The notes: generated by a model from the letters alone, not told the origin. DNA of 57,661 nt from an uncultured virus (IMG/VR IMGVR_UViG_3300036940_000262) (IMGVR_UViG_3300036940_000262); one strand, 5' to 3'. Shown: positions 39,508 through 49,940, counted from the first letter of the stretch. Program-made: numbers and translations.

Positions 39508-40074
39508 ATGTCAACTAAAGTAGATAAACATCAATATCGTTTCAAAGTACCCAAAAGTTACGATGTGATTAATGACTGGGTAGACTGTCAAGTTGATTTA
39601 TCTACATCATTATTCTTATTAATTAATGAGTATGTGAGGGAGAATGGTGTATGTGATGTAATGAGCGCTAGTACTAGAAATAGTGTTGAGGAGTCATCAA
39701 CAACTGTAGTTAAAAAGAAACAGCCTAAAAAGATTAAGAAAGAGGTAGTATTAGAAAACAAAGAGGTACAGCTAGAAAAGGAACAAGATGTCGAAAAGGT
39801 ATCTGAGGTCTTTATAGAAGAGGAAAGAGACGAATTAGAAAAAGAATCCGCTGTAGTTGTTGACGACATAGAGGCTTTAGGTAATTCCCAAAATTTGAAT
39901 TTTGAGGATGATATTAAAAAGCAGGAATTGAGTAAACCTGTTATGGCTAAAGGAATTATGGATGACTTTTTTGATGAGGATATTGTTCCCAAGAAAGCAA
40001 CAACAGCGTCAGAATCGGTAAGAAAAGTATCGGATATTTCAAACAGTATTTTAGATAGTTTAGAAAACTTATAA
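39508..40074 (+). CDS. putative ParR-like centromere-binding adaptor
   Basis: RHH-like N-terminus YRFKVP..W...Q..LS.SL..LI with a disordered acidic tail; sits between the repeats and the actin gene. Confidence 0.6.
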   Translation: MSTKVDKHQYRFKVPKSYDVINDWVDCQVDLSTSLFLLINEYVRENGVCDVMSASTRNSVEESSTTVVKKKQPKKIKKEVVLENKEVQLEKEQDVEKVSEVFIEEERDELEKESAVVVDDIEALGNSQNLNFEDDIKKQELSKPVMAKGIMDDFFDEDIVPKKATTASESVRKVSDISNSILDSLENL

Positions 40075-40091
40075 TGAGAGGTATGTAGAGT

Positions 40092-41309
40092 ATGAATGAT
40101 AGCATAGTGGTAGCAGGGTTAGATATTGGAAACGGGTATGTAAAAGGGGCAAGTCTTTCGGGGGTAAGTCCTTCATTAACAAAGCATAAGATTGATATTC
40201 CCTCTTGTGCGGTTAGACTTGTACAAAAGTTGGAAGTACCTGACAGTTTAAATGAGGAGTTAATGTCGGATATTTTCAACAAGGTTATATGCAGGATTGA
40301 TTCAGACCTGGTAGAGGATAAACTGCACTTTATGTTTGGTCAGGGTGCAATTGAAACAGGTCATCATCCTGTAGAATTTGATATCGCAGACGGCAATTTA
40401 TCAAAATCTCAACAGCAGTTGTCTGCAACACTAGTTCTAGGCATGGTGGCAAGCAGTGCTTTTAAAGACTATTGGGATGCTAACAAGTCTTTACCGATTG
40501 ACACAATCAGCGTTGAAAGTGTTGTTGCACTAGCCTTACCAATTGGTGAGTACGTAATTTATCGAGAGAGCTTTGCAGAACAATTTAAAAACAAAACACA
40601 TACAGTAACAATCTGTAATTTTGATAAGGATATTACAGTAGATATCAGATTTAAACACGTTCTAGTCATGCCTGAAGGGGTATCAGCTCAGTATGCGATT
40701 GCCAACAAAGGTGAGGATTTTATTGATAAGCTTTTACTGGATGTAAGAAGCAGGGATGAACAAGCAATGAAGGGTATCACAGCAAAAGATGTAATGGTTT
40801 GTGGGAACACTTGTGGTATTGATATTGGAGAAGGAACTGTAAACTTCCCCGTAATTCTAAACGGTAAATTCAATCCAGTTGCTAGTACATCAATTGCTAT
40901 GGGTTTTGGGACAGTAGTAGAGCAGTCAATACCTGCAATTAGAAAACAAAATATGCCTTGGTCTACAAGAAAAGCAGTTGTGAATTTCATGCAACAGAAA
41001 ATAAGTCCTTTAAACGAGAATAAAAAGCGTAAAGTGACAGAAATCATCAATTCTGAAGCCATTGACCTTGTAGATGCAATTATCAGAGAAGTTTCAAAAA
41101 TCCTACGGTCAGGGAATGTTGAGGTAATCTATGTCTATGGTGGGGGTGCAACTCCTTTAAAAGAGGCACTGTATGACAAGTTGGTAGAGAAAACAAAAAC
41201 ATTTGCAGGTGGGGATGCTTTTCCAATTCTGTATCTGGATTCAGTCTATGCCAGAAACTTGAACAAAGAGGGTTTACTGGACTTTGCAAGAGTAAAAGCG
41301 GGGATTTAA
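40092..41309 (+). CDS. parM: ParM/StbA-family actin-like ATPase
   Basis: Actin-fold motifs LDIGNGYVK, PEG, IDIGEGTVN and VYGGGA. Confidence 0.9.
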   Translation: MNDSIVVAGLDIGNGYVKGASLSGVSPSLTKHKIDIPSCAVRLVQKLEVPDSLNEELMSDIFNKVICRIDSDLVEDKLHFMFGQGAIETGHHPVEFDIADGNLSKSQQQLSATLVLGMVASSAFKDYWDANKSLPIDTISVESVVALALPIGEYVIYRESFAEQFKNKTHTVTICNFDKDITVDIRFKHVLVMPEGVSAQYAIANKGEDFIDKLLLDVRSRDEQAMKGITAKDVMVCGNTCGIDIGEGTVNFPVILNGKFNPVASTSIAMGFGTVVEQSIPAIRKQNMPWSTRKAVVNFMQQKISPLNENKKRKVTEIINSEAIDLVDAIIREVSKILRSGNVEVIYVYGGGATPLKEALYDKLVEKTKTFAGGDAFPILYLDSVYARNLNKEGLLDFARVKAGI

Positions 41310-41322
41310 TTTTCCAATACTA

Positions 41323-41352
41323 GGTGGTGGGTTTCAAACTCACCACTTTTTT
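41323..41352 (+). terminator. intrinsic terminator
   Basis: GTGGTGGGTTT / AAACTCACCAC followed by a T-run. Confidence 0.8.
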
Positions 41353-41671
41353 AGTATAACAAGGTAATATCTGGAGTCCTACTATGGTAGAATATATAAG
41401 TAGAAAGGTGGTTAAATACTGTGGAGAACTCTATTGAGAAACTAGCAATCGTATCACTAAGGATAGTGGTAGTTGTTTGGGGGGTATTTTTCAACTAATT
41501 GAATAGAGGTTTGGATTGTATGCAAATTTTATTAAACGGAATAGATAATAGATTTATAGATATCTTACATGAGTCTGTGTTTATAATGCTTTTATTACTT
41601 TGTATTACAGCTATCATACTCACAGTAAAATCTTTAGTACGTATAGATTATTTAGAAAAGGAGTTAGATAA

Positions 41672-41965
41672 ATGCTTGTAAGGTTAGATTTAAACAGATT
41701 TGAGAAACTGGTAAGAGGTTATGCACTAGGGGTTGATTTTTCCTACGAGGCTTTAGAGTTTATCTACAACAACATTACTGAGGAGGATAGGAAGTCTGGT
41801 AAAGAGTCTATTATCTCAATTAGTAGTATCTTATTAGAGTACAATGAATTTGATAGTGTAGACGAAGTTTTAGAACGTTATGGGTTAAAATCTGTTAGTG
41901 AGTTGAAAGAGAAAACTTTCTTTAAAAGACTATCTACAAACGGGTGTGTTATAAAACTGTTTTAA
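41672..41965 (+). CDS. phage hypothetical protein
   Basis: AAGGAG RBS; FSYEALEFIY motif. Confidence 0.55.
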   Translation: MLVRLDLNRFEKLVRGYALGVDFSYEALEFIYNNITEEDRKSGKESIISISSILLEYNEFDSVDEVLERYGLKSVSELKEKTFFKRLSTNGCVIKLF

Positions 41966-42002
41966 ATTAATACTTATTAAATAAAAAACGGAGGATTTTA
42001 AA

Positions 42003-42521
42003 ATGGCAAAATATATTCTTTGGAGTAATCGAAATTTAGATTTGAAAGACTTTAAGAAGCAGGTAAAAGATGATCCCTGTATGTACGAAAGTCTTAAAAA
42101 CTGTTCTGAGTCGGAATTAATCGATGCAATGTATCGTTACAATGCCAATGACTTAGATTTCATTAGAGATGATTTAGACAGAGTAGTTTCTAGTGCAGGT
42201 ATTATAGCTATAGCAGATTTAGGGTTATGGAATGGACGTAGACAAGGTTACAAGATGATTAATAGTGGTAGTCTATCAGACTGCCTATACTCAGACTGCG
42301 ATTATGTTGAGTTTTACGTTGAAAACGGTAAATTTCTAGCAACAATGACACATCATGATGGGACGAATTATGTTGAGTTTCGAGGGGTAAAGGAGACTGT
42401 TAAAGAAAGTACAGTTGAGAATTTAAAAGCATATTTAATGGATGGAGCAGCTTCGCCTCAGATGATAGGTGCTTCAACCTTTAAGCTTGGTGATGCAATA
42501 GGTAAAATCTATGGGTGGTAA
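42003..42521 (+). CDS. phage hypothetical protein
   Basis: GGAGG RBS; LGLWNGRRQGY and HHDGTN motifs. Confidence 0.6.
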   Translation: MAKYILWSNRNLDLKDFKKQVKDDPCMYESLKNCSESELIDAMYRYNANDLDFIRDDLDRVVSSAGIIAIADLGLWNGRRQGYKMINSGSLSDCLYSDCDYVEFYVENGKFLATMTHHDGTNYVEFRGVKETVKESTVENLKAYLMDGAASPQMIGASTFKLGDAIGKIYGW

Positions 42522-42570
42522 GAACTATTGTTTTTATGTTAGTTGAGAAAAAGAAAGGTGGTAAATAAAT

Positions 42571-43254
42571 TTGATAGAAGGAACAACGTTAGAATTAGGG
42601 GTAAGCGGTGATAAGATTGTTTTAGTTAATCCTGAAGTACTGAGCGATAATGATTTAGTAAAACTGTCATCATCCTTAACACAAAAAGGTTTTGCTTTTG
42701 ATACTGAATCTTTGTTAGAGTTTCTTTACAAAAGAGTATTTATACAACCTGAAATAAGCTCTGTAATAAAAGATGTTTTAGGACTATCAGGGGTAAAGGA
42801 CACTTATTCAGCTGACCAAATCAAAACTGATACAGACAAGGCTGTAGAACTTTATGGTTTAACTAAAGATGTTAGTAAGGCCGGTTACTTGTTAACAGAT
42901 GGTAGAATATTAGATTTCTCAGAGGATGGCGGGTATACTCGTACATTAGACCATCGTGATGTAGGAAGAATACTGACTACTGATAGTGACGACCAGATAG
43001 ACTATCTAATTCAATTTATGCGGTACGGACATATTAGAATGATGGAGAACGGGTTAGATTTAATGTTCAACCCTACAAACAGACAGAGAACTGCTTTAAT
43101 GTCGATACTGAAGGATTTCTTTCATCGAGGTCAGTATTGTTATGTAGATATAAGTGATATCAGGGGTAATGAGGTAAAAACATTTGAATACCATTGTTCT
43201 ACAAGACCTGGAAAAGTTATTAACGATTTGAGAGAGTATTTTGAAGGAGACTGA
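42571..43254 (+). CDS. hypothetical protein
   Basis: AGYLLTDGRILDFS...R..DHR...G.IR motif seen in mobile-element proteins. Confidence 0.5.
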   Translation: MIEGTTLELGVSGDKIVLVNPEVLSDNDLVKLSSSLTQKGFAFDTESLLEFLYKRVFIQPEISSVIKDVLGLSGVKDTYSADQIKTDTDKAVELYGLTKDVSKAGYLLTDGRILDFSEDGGYTRTLDHRDVGRILTTDSDDQIDYLIQFMRYGHIRMMENGLDLMFNPTNRQRTALMSILKDFFHRGQYCYVDISDIRGNEVKTFEYHCSTRPGKVINDLREYFEGD

Positions 43255-43402
43255 GGGGGTCTGTATTGCAAACATTTATAGAGACTAGTAAATGTTTATA
43301 AAATAATAGTAAATCCTAGAAGAATTTATTACAACAATGTTGTAGCGTAGGTAAATATACGGTATAATAGTGTAAAAATGAAATTCTTTTAGGAGGTCTA
43401 TT

Positions 43403-43984
43403 GTGATCGAGGTGTTATTAACTGTTTTGGTAGGGTATAAAGATGGTTTAAAGTTACGAGAAGGTTCTAAACATCAAGAAATTGTAAATGTTAAAAAATG
43501 CGTGGAAATTAAACCGGTTATTTCAGAGCCAAAAAACATCTCTAAAGCTGTAGACGTTGATGAGTTTATGGTAAAACTTAAGAAATTCGTAGGTTTTTTA
43601 AAATTCATAGAGGACATAAACGCAGTAAAGAGTGTAGGAGCGGTTAGAAATGCTGAAATACAAGTTTACAAGCATGGAAAACGGGTTACTTTAAATAATG
43701 TATTCTTGGTTGACATTGTTTTTAAAGAATCTGAAACAGCAATGTTCTATGCTATGTCTGAAAGCGGTAGGGTTTATTGTGGTGAAAACCTTATTCATGC
43801 AGATCCTTTGGTGCTTAATAACATGGTAACAAACAAAAAGCACATCGAGAACTTTAAGTCTAAGTTAACTAACTTAAAAGAACAGCTTGAAGAAGTGCAG
43901 TCAAACTACTTTATACTATTAACTGATAAGTTATGTTTAAAACAAGGTTCTTACAAAGTAGCTGAACAATTTACAAATAATTGA
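43403..43984 (+). CDS. hypothetical protein
   Basis: AGGAGG RBS and upstream -10. Confidence 0.55.
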   Translation: MIEVLLTVLVGYKDGLKLREGSKHQEIVNVKKCVEIKPVISEPKNISKAVDVDEFMVKLKKFVGFLKFIEDINAVKSVGAVRNAEIQVYKHGKRVTLNNVFLVDIVFKESETAMFYAMSESGRVYCGENLIHADPLVLNNMVTNKKHIENFKSKLTNLKEQLEEVQSNYFILLTDKLCLKQGSYKVAEQFTNN

Positions 43985-43998
43985 AAGGGGTAACTAAA

Positions 43999-44256
43999 AT
44001 GCAACGATATGATGGAGAACGATTTTCAAATATGTTAAAAAGCGACTACATGAGTTGTAGTTATTTTGCTTATGATGCAACAGCAAATTATAAACCTGCT
44101 GTACTGATAGACATTATTCATGGCATTGATGATAAGGTGGTAGTAAAATATGGTAACAAAATCTCTATTGTAAAGTTAAACTACTTACCTAGTGGTAAAG
44201 TAACTTTTAAAATAGGGCAGGAAACATTTGATATGGGTAATTTTATGAGGGTGTAG
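43999..44256 (+). CDS. hypothetical protein
   Basis: AAGGGG RBS before MQRYD; terminator-like hairpin follows. Confidence 0.5.
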   Translation: MQRYDGERFSNMLKSDYMSCSYFAYDATANYKPAVLIDIIHGIDDKVVVKYGNKISIVKLNYLPSGKVTFKIGQETFDMGNFMRV

Positions 44257-44368
44257 TCAACAAACCTATCTATTTTAGATAGGTTTTTAATTTGTGTAAA
44301 CTGGGTATAATGTGCTTACATATTTTGGTATAATGTATCTATCAAATAAATTAAGGAGTATGTGAGAT

Positions 44369-45496
44369 ATGGGTAAGTATGAGTTAAGCATTGCAGAAGA
44401 CTACGTGCAGGATTGGGGTATCGAGGAATCAGTTAGAGAGTTCTTTCAGAACGCTATAGACCAAGAAGCAGTTGATACAACGAATAAAATGTATTTCAAT
44501 TACGATAAGGAATCTGAAACTTTAAGTATCGGCAACTTAAATTCTGTTTTAGATGTATCAACACTGTTATTAGGTTCATCTACAAAGCGTGACGATAATA
44601 ATACAATTGGACAGTTTGGGGAGGGTTACAAGATTGCTACTTTGGTTGCCTTAAGAACAGGTCATAATGTTGTATTCTATAATTACGGTAAACGAGAAGT
44701 ATGGAAACCTCGTCTAGTTAATTCAAGAAGATACGGTGCTAAAGTGTTGACATTCTTTACAGAACATCATGTATGGGGTAAAATACCTGATGCAAACTTG
44801 ACCGTAGAGATTAGCAATGTGACAAAAAATGAGTACAACTCAATAAAAGACAGAATCTTACCTTTGAAAGATGCGGTCACTAAGTATGATTGCAGTAAAG
44901 GTTCAGTTTTAACAGATGAGTGCGAAAAAGGAAACATCTATTTAAACGGTCTTTTTGTATCGCATAACACAAGATTAACGCATGGTTACGATTTACCTGC
45001 TACTGCCTTTAAGTTAGATAGAGACAGACGTATGATTGATAACTTTGACTTAATCTGGTATTTAGGTAGTGTGTGGACAGAACAGTTAAGTAATGATAAA
45101 GATGGGGTAATTAAAAATCTGTTTATCGATTTATTAAACAGTGAAGCAGAGGATATTAAACACCTACATCACACCTCTGGAAATATTTATGATATGAGAG
45201 AAACTGGTATATGCGATACAGTTTATGATAATTTCGTAGATGAGTATGGTGATAACGCTGTACCAATCAAAAACAATGCTGGTTTAGAATCTTTCAGATT
45301 GTCAGGTTCTGCAGGTAAACCTATTATTGTATCAGAAAATAAATATTCTATGATTGAATTATCAGACAAATACAGGAGTAAGTTGTTTGTAAAACTTTTA
45401 AGTCGAGACGAGTTATTACTACAGTGGTTCGAGTCTGTTAAAAGTTCTTTGACAGATGAAGAACAAGAGGACTTTATGAATATTTATAATTTGTAA
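44369..45496 (+). CDS. GHKL (HSP90/MutL-like) ATPase domain protein
   Basis: REFFQNAID, LG.STK and IGQFGEGYK motifs. Confidence 0.75.
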   Translation: MGKYELSIAEDYVQDWGIEESVREFFQNAIDQEAVDTTNKMYFNYDKESETLSIGNLNSVLDVSTLLLGSSTKRDDNNTIGQFGEGYKIATLVALRTGHNVVFYNYGKREVWKPRLVNSRRYGAKVLTFFTEHHVWGKIPDANLTVEISNVTKNEYNSIKDRILPLKDAVTKYDCSKGSVLTDECEKGNIYLNGLFVSHNTRLTHGYDLPATAFKLDRDRRMIDNFDLIWYLGSVWTEQLSNDKDGVIKNLFIDLLNSEAEDIKHLHHTSGNIYDMRETGICDTVYDNFVDEYGDNAVPIKNNAGLESFRLSGSAGKPIIVSENKYSMIELSDKYRSKLFVKLLSRDELLLQWFESVKSSLTDEEQEDFMNIYNL

Positions 45497-45705
45497 GTTA
45501 GGTAGTATTTAGTTGTTCTAGCTGAGAAAGAGTAAACACTTAAGAAGTCTTAAGGAAGTAAATGTGTAAATAGTGAAAAAATTCCTCATTTATGAGCATA
45601 TTTTTCACTATTTTAGAAACTTGCTCAACAGGGTATAAATTAAAGCAAAATAGTGGTATAATATTCTCATAAATAAAATAAGAAAGAAATTTATGAGGTG
45701 TTAAA

Positions 45706-45861
45706 ATGACAAACTTAATCAGAGTTTATTGGAAAAGCATTGTATCAGGGGTTGTTTGTTTGGCAGGTTTGTTTGGGTGTGCGTATCTCGTTCATCTGCA
45801 ACTTGTGAATTATTTAATAGAAACCTACCATAGAATCATTTCAATGTTTCTAGGTTGGTAA
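45706..45861 (+). CDS. 51-aa membrane peptide, not in the ORF track
   Basis: GAGGTG RBS downstream of a promoter; MTNLIRVYWKSIVSGVVCLAGLFG... Confidence 0.5.
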   Translation: MTNLIRVYWKSIVSGVVCLAGLFGCAYLVHLQLVNYLIETYHRIISMFLGW

Positions 45862-45878
45862 TAATAGAGAGGTGAAAT

Positions 45879-46097
45879 ATGTTTCCAAGTAGAGAAGTTG
45901 TTAACAGAGTAAAAGAAACTTATAAAAAGGGTATGCGTGTCAAGCTTATGGGGATGGATGATATACAAGCCCCACCAATCGGTACATTAGGGACGGTAAA
46001 AGGTGTGGATGATACAGGTTCAATCATGGTAAACTGGGATAATGGTAGTTCTTTAAGTGTTGTTTACGGTGAGGATTCTTGTGTGGTGGTTGAGTAA
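45879..46097 (+). CDS. DUF4314-family protein
   Basis: G.RV.L..MDD..APPIGT.GTV.GVDD.GSI.V.WDNGS.L....GED. Confidence 0.8.
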   Translation: MFPSREVVNRVKETYKKGMRVKLMGMDDIQAPPIGTLGTVKGVDDTGSIMVNWDNGSSLSVVYGEDSCVVVE

Positions 46098-46277
46098 GTG
46101 GTAGTACATACAGAGGTTACAACCGTAAGTTTATTACTAGGCTATGCTTTTGTAGTCGGTATTTTTGGACTGGTTGTATCTGCATTTAAACCAGAGTTAG
46201 AGAAAGTAGTTATTAAAGTAGGGTTAGGGGTACTGCTTGTCGGTTTCGTCTGCATAATAGTTTCAGCTTTAAACTAA
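46098..46277 (+). CDS. 59-aa two-TM peptide, not in the ORF track
   Basis: GTG directly after the previous stop; two hydrophobic helices. Confidence 0.4.
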   Translation: MVVHTEVTTVSLLLGYAFVVGIFGLVVSAFKPELEKVVIKVGLGVLLVGFVCIIVSALN

Positions 46278-46298
46278 TTAAAAATTTAAATAAAATAT

Positions 46299-46649
46299 GT
46301 TGTAAAATATAGGCGGAAAGTGATTAATGAAGAAATCTCAAATAATCTAAGAGAGATATTTGAGAGAATCCAACCAAAATATAACATCACACTGCAAGAG
46401 TGGAATCATGATAAAGACCATATCCACGTATTATTCAAAGGAAATCCAAACACAGAAATTTCAAAATTCATCAATGCTTACAAATCAGCAAGCAGCCGAT
46501 TGATTAAAAAAGAATATCCTCAAATCAGAAAACAACTCTGGAAGGAATACTTTTGGTCAAGAAGTTTCTGTTTGATAACATCAGGTGGAGCACCAATTGA
46601 AGTTATTAAAAAATACATTGAACAGCAAGGAGGACGAAAGAATGAATAA
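46299..46649 (+). pseudogene. tnpA: 5'-truncated Y1 (HUH) transposase TnpA
   Basis: VVKYRRKV, DHIH and KYIEQQ are present. An in-frame TAA at 46287 removes the usual N-terminal ~20 aa, and there is no good RBS. Confidence 0.75.
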
Positions 46650-47736
46650 AGCTTATAAATTCAGATTATATCCAAATCAAGAACAAGAAATCATGTTCGC
46701 AAAAACATTTGGATGCACACGATTCATTTACAATCAAATGCTTGGTGATAAAATCAAGCATTATGAAGAACACAAAGAAAAATTAAACAACACACCAGCT
46801 CAATACAAAGCTAAATTTGAATGGCTTAAAGAAGTTGATTCTCTCGCCCTCGCAAATGCTCAAATGAATTTGCAAACAGCATATAATAACTTCTTCCGTT
46901 CTCCAAAAGTTGGCTTTCCAAAATTCAAGTCAAAACATAAAAATCGAAATGCTTACACGACAAACAACCAGGGTGGCAATATCCGCATTGAAGATAGACA
47001 TATTAAACTTCCTAAAATCGGCTTTGTTAAAATCAAACAGCATCGTGAAATTCCAGAAGAACAAATCATCAAATCATGCACCATCTCAAAAACTCCTTCT
47101 GGAAAATATTTTGTAAGCATTTTGGTTGAATATGAATTTGAACAGCCTGAATTTGAAGTTGATCTTGAAAACATCTTCGGTCTTGATATGGATATGAAAA
47201 ATTTGTTCACGGATAGCAACGGTAATCGTGCTGACTATCCACACTATTATAGACAATCACTTGATAAACTTGCAAGAGAAAGCCGCAAATTGTCAAAATG
47301 TAAAAAAGGAAGTAACAACCGAAACAAGCAACGGATTAAAGTGACAAAGATCCATGAAAAAATTGCAAATCAACGTAAAGATTTCTTACATAAACTATCT
47401 TATCAGATAACCAATGAATATGATGGCGTGTGTATTGAAGACTTAAACATGAGAGCAATGGGTCAATGCTTAAATCTTGGCAAAAGCGTTGCCGACAACG
47501 GCTGGGGAATGTTCACAAATTTCCTTCTCTACAAACTTTTTGATCAAGGAAAACCGTTAATCAAAGTTGACAAATGGTTCCCAAGCTCAAAAATGTGTCA
47601 TTGCTGCGGATTGATCAACGAAAATCTCACCTTGTCTGACAGAGAATGGACGTGTGAGTGTGGTGAACACCACGACAGAGACTGGAACGCAGCAATTAAT
47701 ATCAAGCGTGAAGGAACAAGAATCCTAACAGCATAA
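46642..47736 (+). CDS. tnpB: canonical IS605 TnpB
   Basis: MNKAYKFRLYP start, GLDMD, CIEDL, CHCC..CECG zinc finger and DRDWNAA; AGGAGG RBS. Confidence 0.95.
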   Translation: MNKAYKFRLYPNQEQEIMFAKTFGCTRFIYNQMLGDKIKHYEEHKEKLNNTPAQYKAKFEWLKEVDSLALANAQMNLQTAYNNFFRSPKVGFPKFKSKHKNRNAYTTNNQGGNIRIEDRHIKLPKIGFVKIKQHREIPEEQIIKSCTISKTPSGKYFVSILVEYEFEQPEFEVDLENIFGLDMDMKNLFTDSNGNRADYPHYYRQSLDKLARESRKLSKCKKGSNNRNKQRIKVTKIHEKIANQRKDFLHKLSYQITNEYDGVCIEDLNMRAMGQCLNLGKSVADNGWGMFTNFLLYKLFDQGKPLIKVDKWFPSSKMCHCCGLINENLTLSDREWTCECGEHHDRDWNAAINIKREGTRILTA

Positions 47737-47858
47737 AAACAAAGAACCGTAGGGATTACGGGGATAGCCTGTTGATACTGGTGACAATGGTTATCTTGAG
47801 CAGGAAGCCATCCACCTCTGTAGGTGGTGGTAATTCACATAAAAAGTAAAAAGCAGGA
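47737..47858 (+). ncRNA. omegaRNA (reRNA) of the IS605 TnpB with flanking guide
   Basis: ACCGTAGGGATTACGGGGATAGCCTG...CAGGAAGCCATCCACCT..AGGTGGTGG..TTCAC, a typical right end. The guide would start at 47839. Confidence 0.7.
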
Positions 47859-47865
47859 GGGTTTT

Positions 47866-48792
47866 ATGGATAGTAAATACTTTGGGGGTAATCTACAAAG
47901 ACTACGAAAAGGTAGAGGTCTAAGTCAAAAGGATTTAGCGGGGGTTCTAGATGTAACTGATATTACAATCTCAAATTTTGAGAATAGTAAACGATTTCCA
48001 GACATTCATACACTTATTAGAGTAGCAGAGTTTTTTGGCAAATCAGTTGATAGTCTTTTATCGGTGGAGTCTGCTTTTGAAGGTGATTTAATGCAAAACT
48101 GCGTTAAAGATTTTGAAGAGACTTACTCAATAATCTATATTGAGGATAGTAAAACAACAGAGTTTGGCGTATTTAAGAGCAGGGATTTTGCTGAAAAAGT
48201 GGTAGACAGTATTTCGGGATACTACTCACTGCTGAAGGGTAGACTAGAGGTGGAGAAAAAGATCGGTAAGGATGCTGGCTCGAATTTTAGTTTAAGTCTA
48301 ATTAGGGAGTTTGATAACAAGCATAACTACTTTATAACCTTACCTATCCCTATTAAGACTAGAGCAGGTGTAAAGTCGATTCACGCTGTTTTTGAAATTT
48401 GTGCTGATTGTATTGACGGGTTTAAAGAAGTGGCAACATATATATCAGATGATGGGGCTATATTATCATTTACCGATACTGACTACTACAACATTTTTGA
48501 TTCTTTAGTTAAAATCCCTGACTATGCTTCAAATTTAAAACAGTATAGTTATAATCAAAAACAGTTAGCTTCAAAAGAACTTGTCGATATATTTCCAGAT
48601 GTGTTGAAGTGTGCTTTTGATATAAATTTAAGTAAGGTGGAATATGAAACAGTAATAAAGTACAGGGAATTGTTGTTTATGGCATCGGACTCAGGGATGC
48701 GGGAGTATTATTATATATTAGGTGAGGGTTTTTTCAACTGGTTAGAGATGGTTGAGTGGTCTGAATCTAATGCAGAGAATGCAAATATTTAA
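47866..48792 (+). CDS. XRE-family HTH regulator with C-terminal extension
   Basis: FGGNLQRLRK.RGLSQKDLA..L.V....ISNFE...RFP; AGGAGG RBS before ATG 47866. Confidence 0.85.
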   Translation: MDSKYFGGNLQRLRKGRGLSQKDLAGVLDVTDITISNFENSKRFPDIHTLIRVAEFFGKSVDSLLSVESAFEGDLMQNCVKDFEETYSIIYIEDSKTTEFGVFKSRDFAEKVVDSISGYYSLLKGRLEVEKKIGKDAGSNFSLSLIREFDNKHNYFITLPIPIKTRAGVKSIHAVFEICADCIDGFKEVATYISDDGAILSFTDTDYYNIFDSLVKIPDYASNLKQYSYNQKQLASKELVDIFPDVLKCAFDINLSKVEYETVIKYRELLFMASDSGMREYYYILGEGFFNWLEMVEWSESNAENANI

Positions 48793-48962
48793 GTTTAAAG
48801 ATGTTTACTATTAACCCTATTTACAACAAAAAGCTTGAAAGAGGGATTGACTTAGTAAAATATTCTTAGTCAAAAAGAGGGAATTTCTCGATCAGAGTCT
48901 CTTTTTAGTAGTCTATCGGCAAATTGAGTATGTGTATTTTTAAAAAAGAAGAGGTATTAACA

Positions 48963-49226
48963 ATGGTAAAAGTAATTAAATTTGAGAATCCGACTTGTGT
49001 TCCATGTAAGGCAGTAGAGGCAATTTTGACAGGTTTAAAAGAAAAGATGGGTTTCAATCTTGTTCATGTAGATACCTATACAGATGAGGGTGCTGAGTTG
49101 GCACAGAGATATCGGGTAATGTCTACGCCAACTGTGATTATCGAGAACGATAAAGGGCATCTTGATGTTATTCCTTATGTAGCGGATACAAGAGAGTATC
49201 AAGAAAGGATAGCGGTAGCAATGTAA
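48963..49226 (+). CDS. thioredoxin-like protein
   Basis: CVPC active site and VMSTPT cis-Pro motif. Confidence 0.85.
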   Translation: MVKVIKFENPTCVPCKAVEAILTGLKEKMGFNLVHVDTYTDEGAELAQRYRVMSTPTVIIENDKGHLDVIPYVADTREYQERIAVAM

Positions 49227-49927
49227 TGGGTTTTTCAAGAGACTGGCAAGGGGTTGTAGTAAAAGATGGCTACGACCCCATCTTTCAAAAAGATGTTAAA
49301 CAGATATTTGAGATTGCTAAATCTTTAGGTGTCAATATAGCAGATGGTAACGGTAAAAAAGAGGACGGCTACACAATATTAGGAGACATTGTAGCATTTA
49401 ATGGTCTAGGTAAAGACAGCCACGAAACTTGCCATATATCAAGCAGTGATTCAGGCTATAACTTCTGTAAAACAAATGAAAAACCTTATGATGGTGTTGT
49501 CAAAGCATTTCTAACTATAGCGGAGGAGTGGGGGTATATTACTGATGTTAGAGATGTTGGTGTCGTACCTGAATCTGATGAGCTATGTAATAAAATCTTA
49601 ACAAAGTTAGAGCTATCAAAACAGATTTTAATTAAAGTAGGTAATAAGATAGTTATGGATGTGATTCCATATCCAGAGGATTATAACTTTGTTTACGAGT
49701 TAGGAATCTTAGAACAAAAGAAAGAAGGTCACAGCAGGGTAACAATCCACTCAAATGGAGAGGTTGTTTTCAGAGAAACAAAAGCAGGTGAACCTTATAA
49801 GGTGGAAGTATACATAGGTAAAAACTATTTTTGCAGGATAACAACAGGAGTAACAAGAGTACAGGCTATTAAAGAAGGTGGTAAAATCATCTTAAAAGCC
49901 GATGGTGAGGTAGCTACAACATTGTAG
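49226..49927 (+). CDS. phage hypothetical protein
   Basis: FNG.....HET...FCKT..KPYD motif. Confidence 0.55.
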   Translation: MGFSRDWQGVVVKDGYDPIFQKDVKQIFEIAKSLGVNIADGNGKKEDGYTILGDIVAFNGLGKDSHETCHISSSDSGYNFCKTNEKPYDGVVKAFLTIAEEWGYITDVRDVGVVPESDELCNKILTKLELSKQILIKVGNKIVMDVIPYPEDYNFVYELGILEQKKEGHSRVTIHSNGEVVFRETKAGEPYKVEVYIGKNYFCRITTGVTRVQAIKEGGKIILKADGEVATTL

Positions 49928-49940
49928 ACGAGGTATATTT

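Larger units (their letters stand above)
46299..47838 (+). mobile_element. IS200/IS605-family element with left end missing
   Basis: tnpA remnant plus tnpB, right-end hairpin ending TTCAC at 47838. Visibly more C-rich than the flanks. Confidence 0.85.

Noticed and set aside
46585..46641. N-terminal extension of the IS605 TnpB in the ORF track; also ORF 46910..47116 and the 47824 start of the XRE gene
   Set aside because: RBS positions and family N-termini place the starts at 46642 and 47866. 46910..47116 is an alternate frame inside tnpB.
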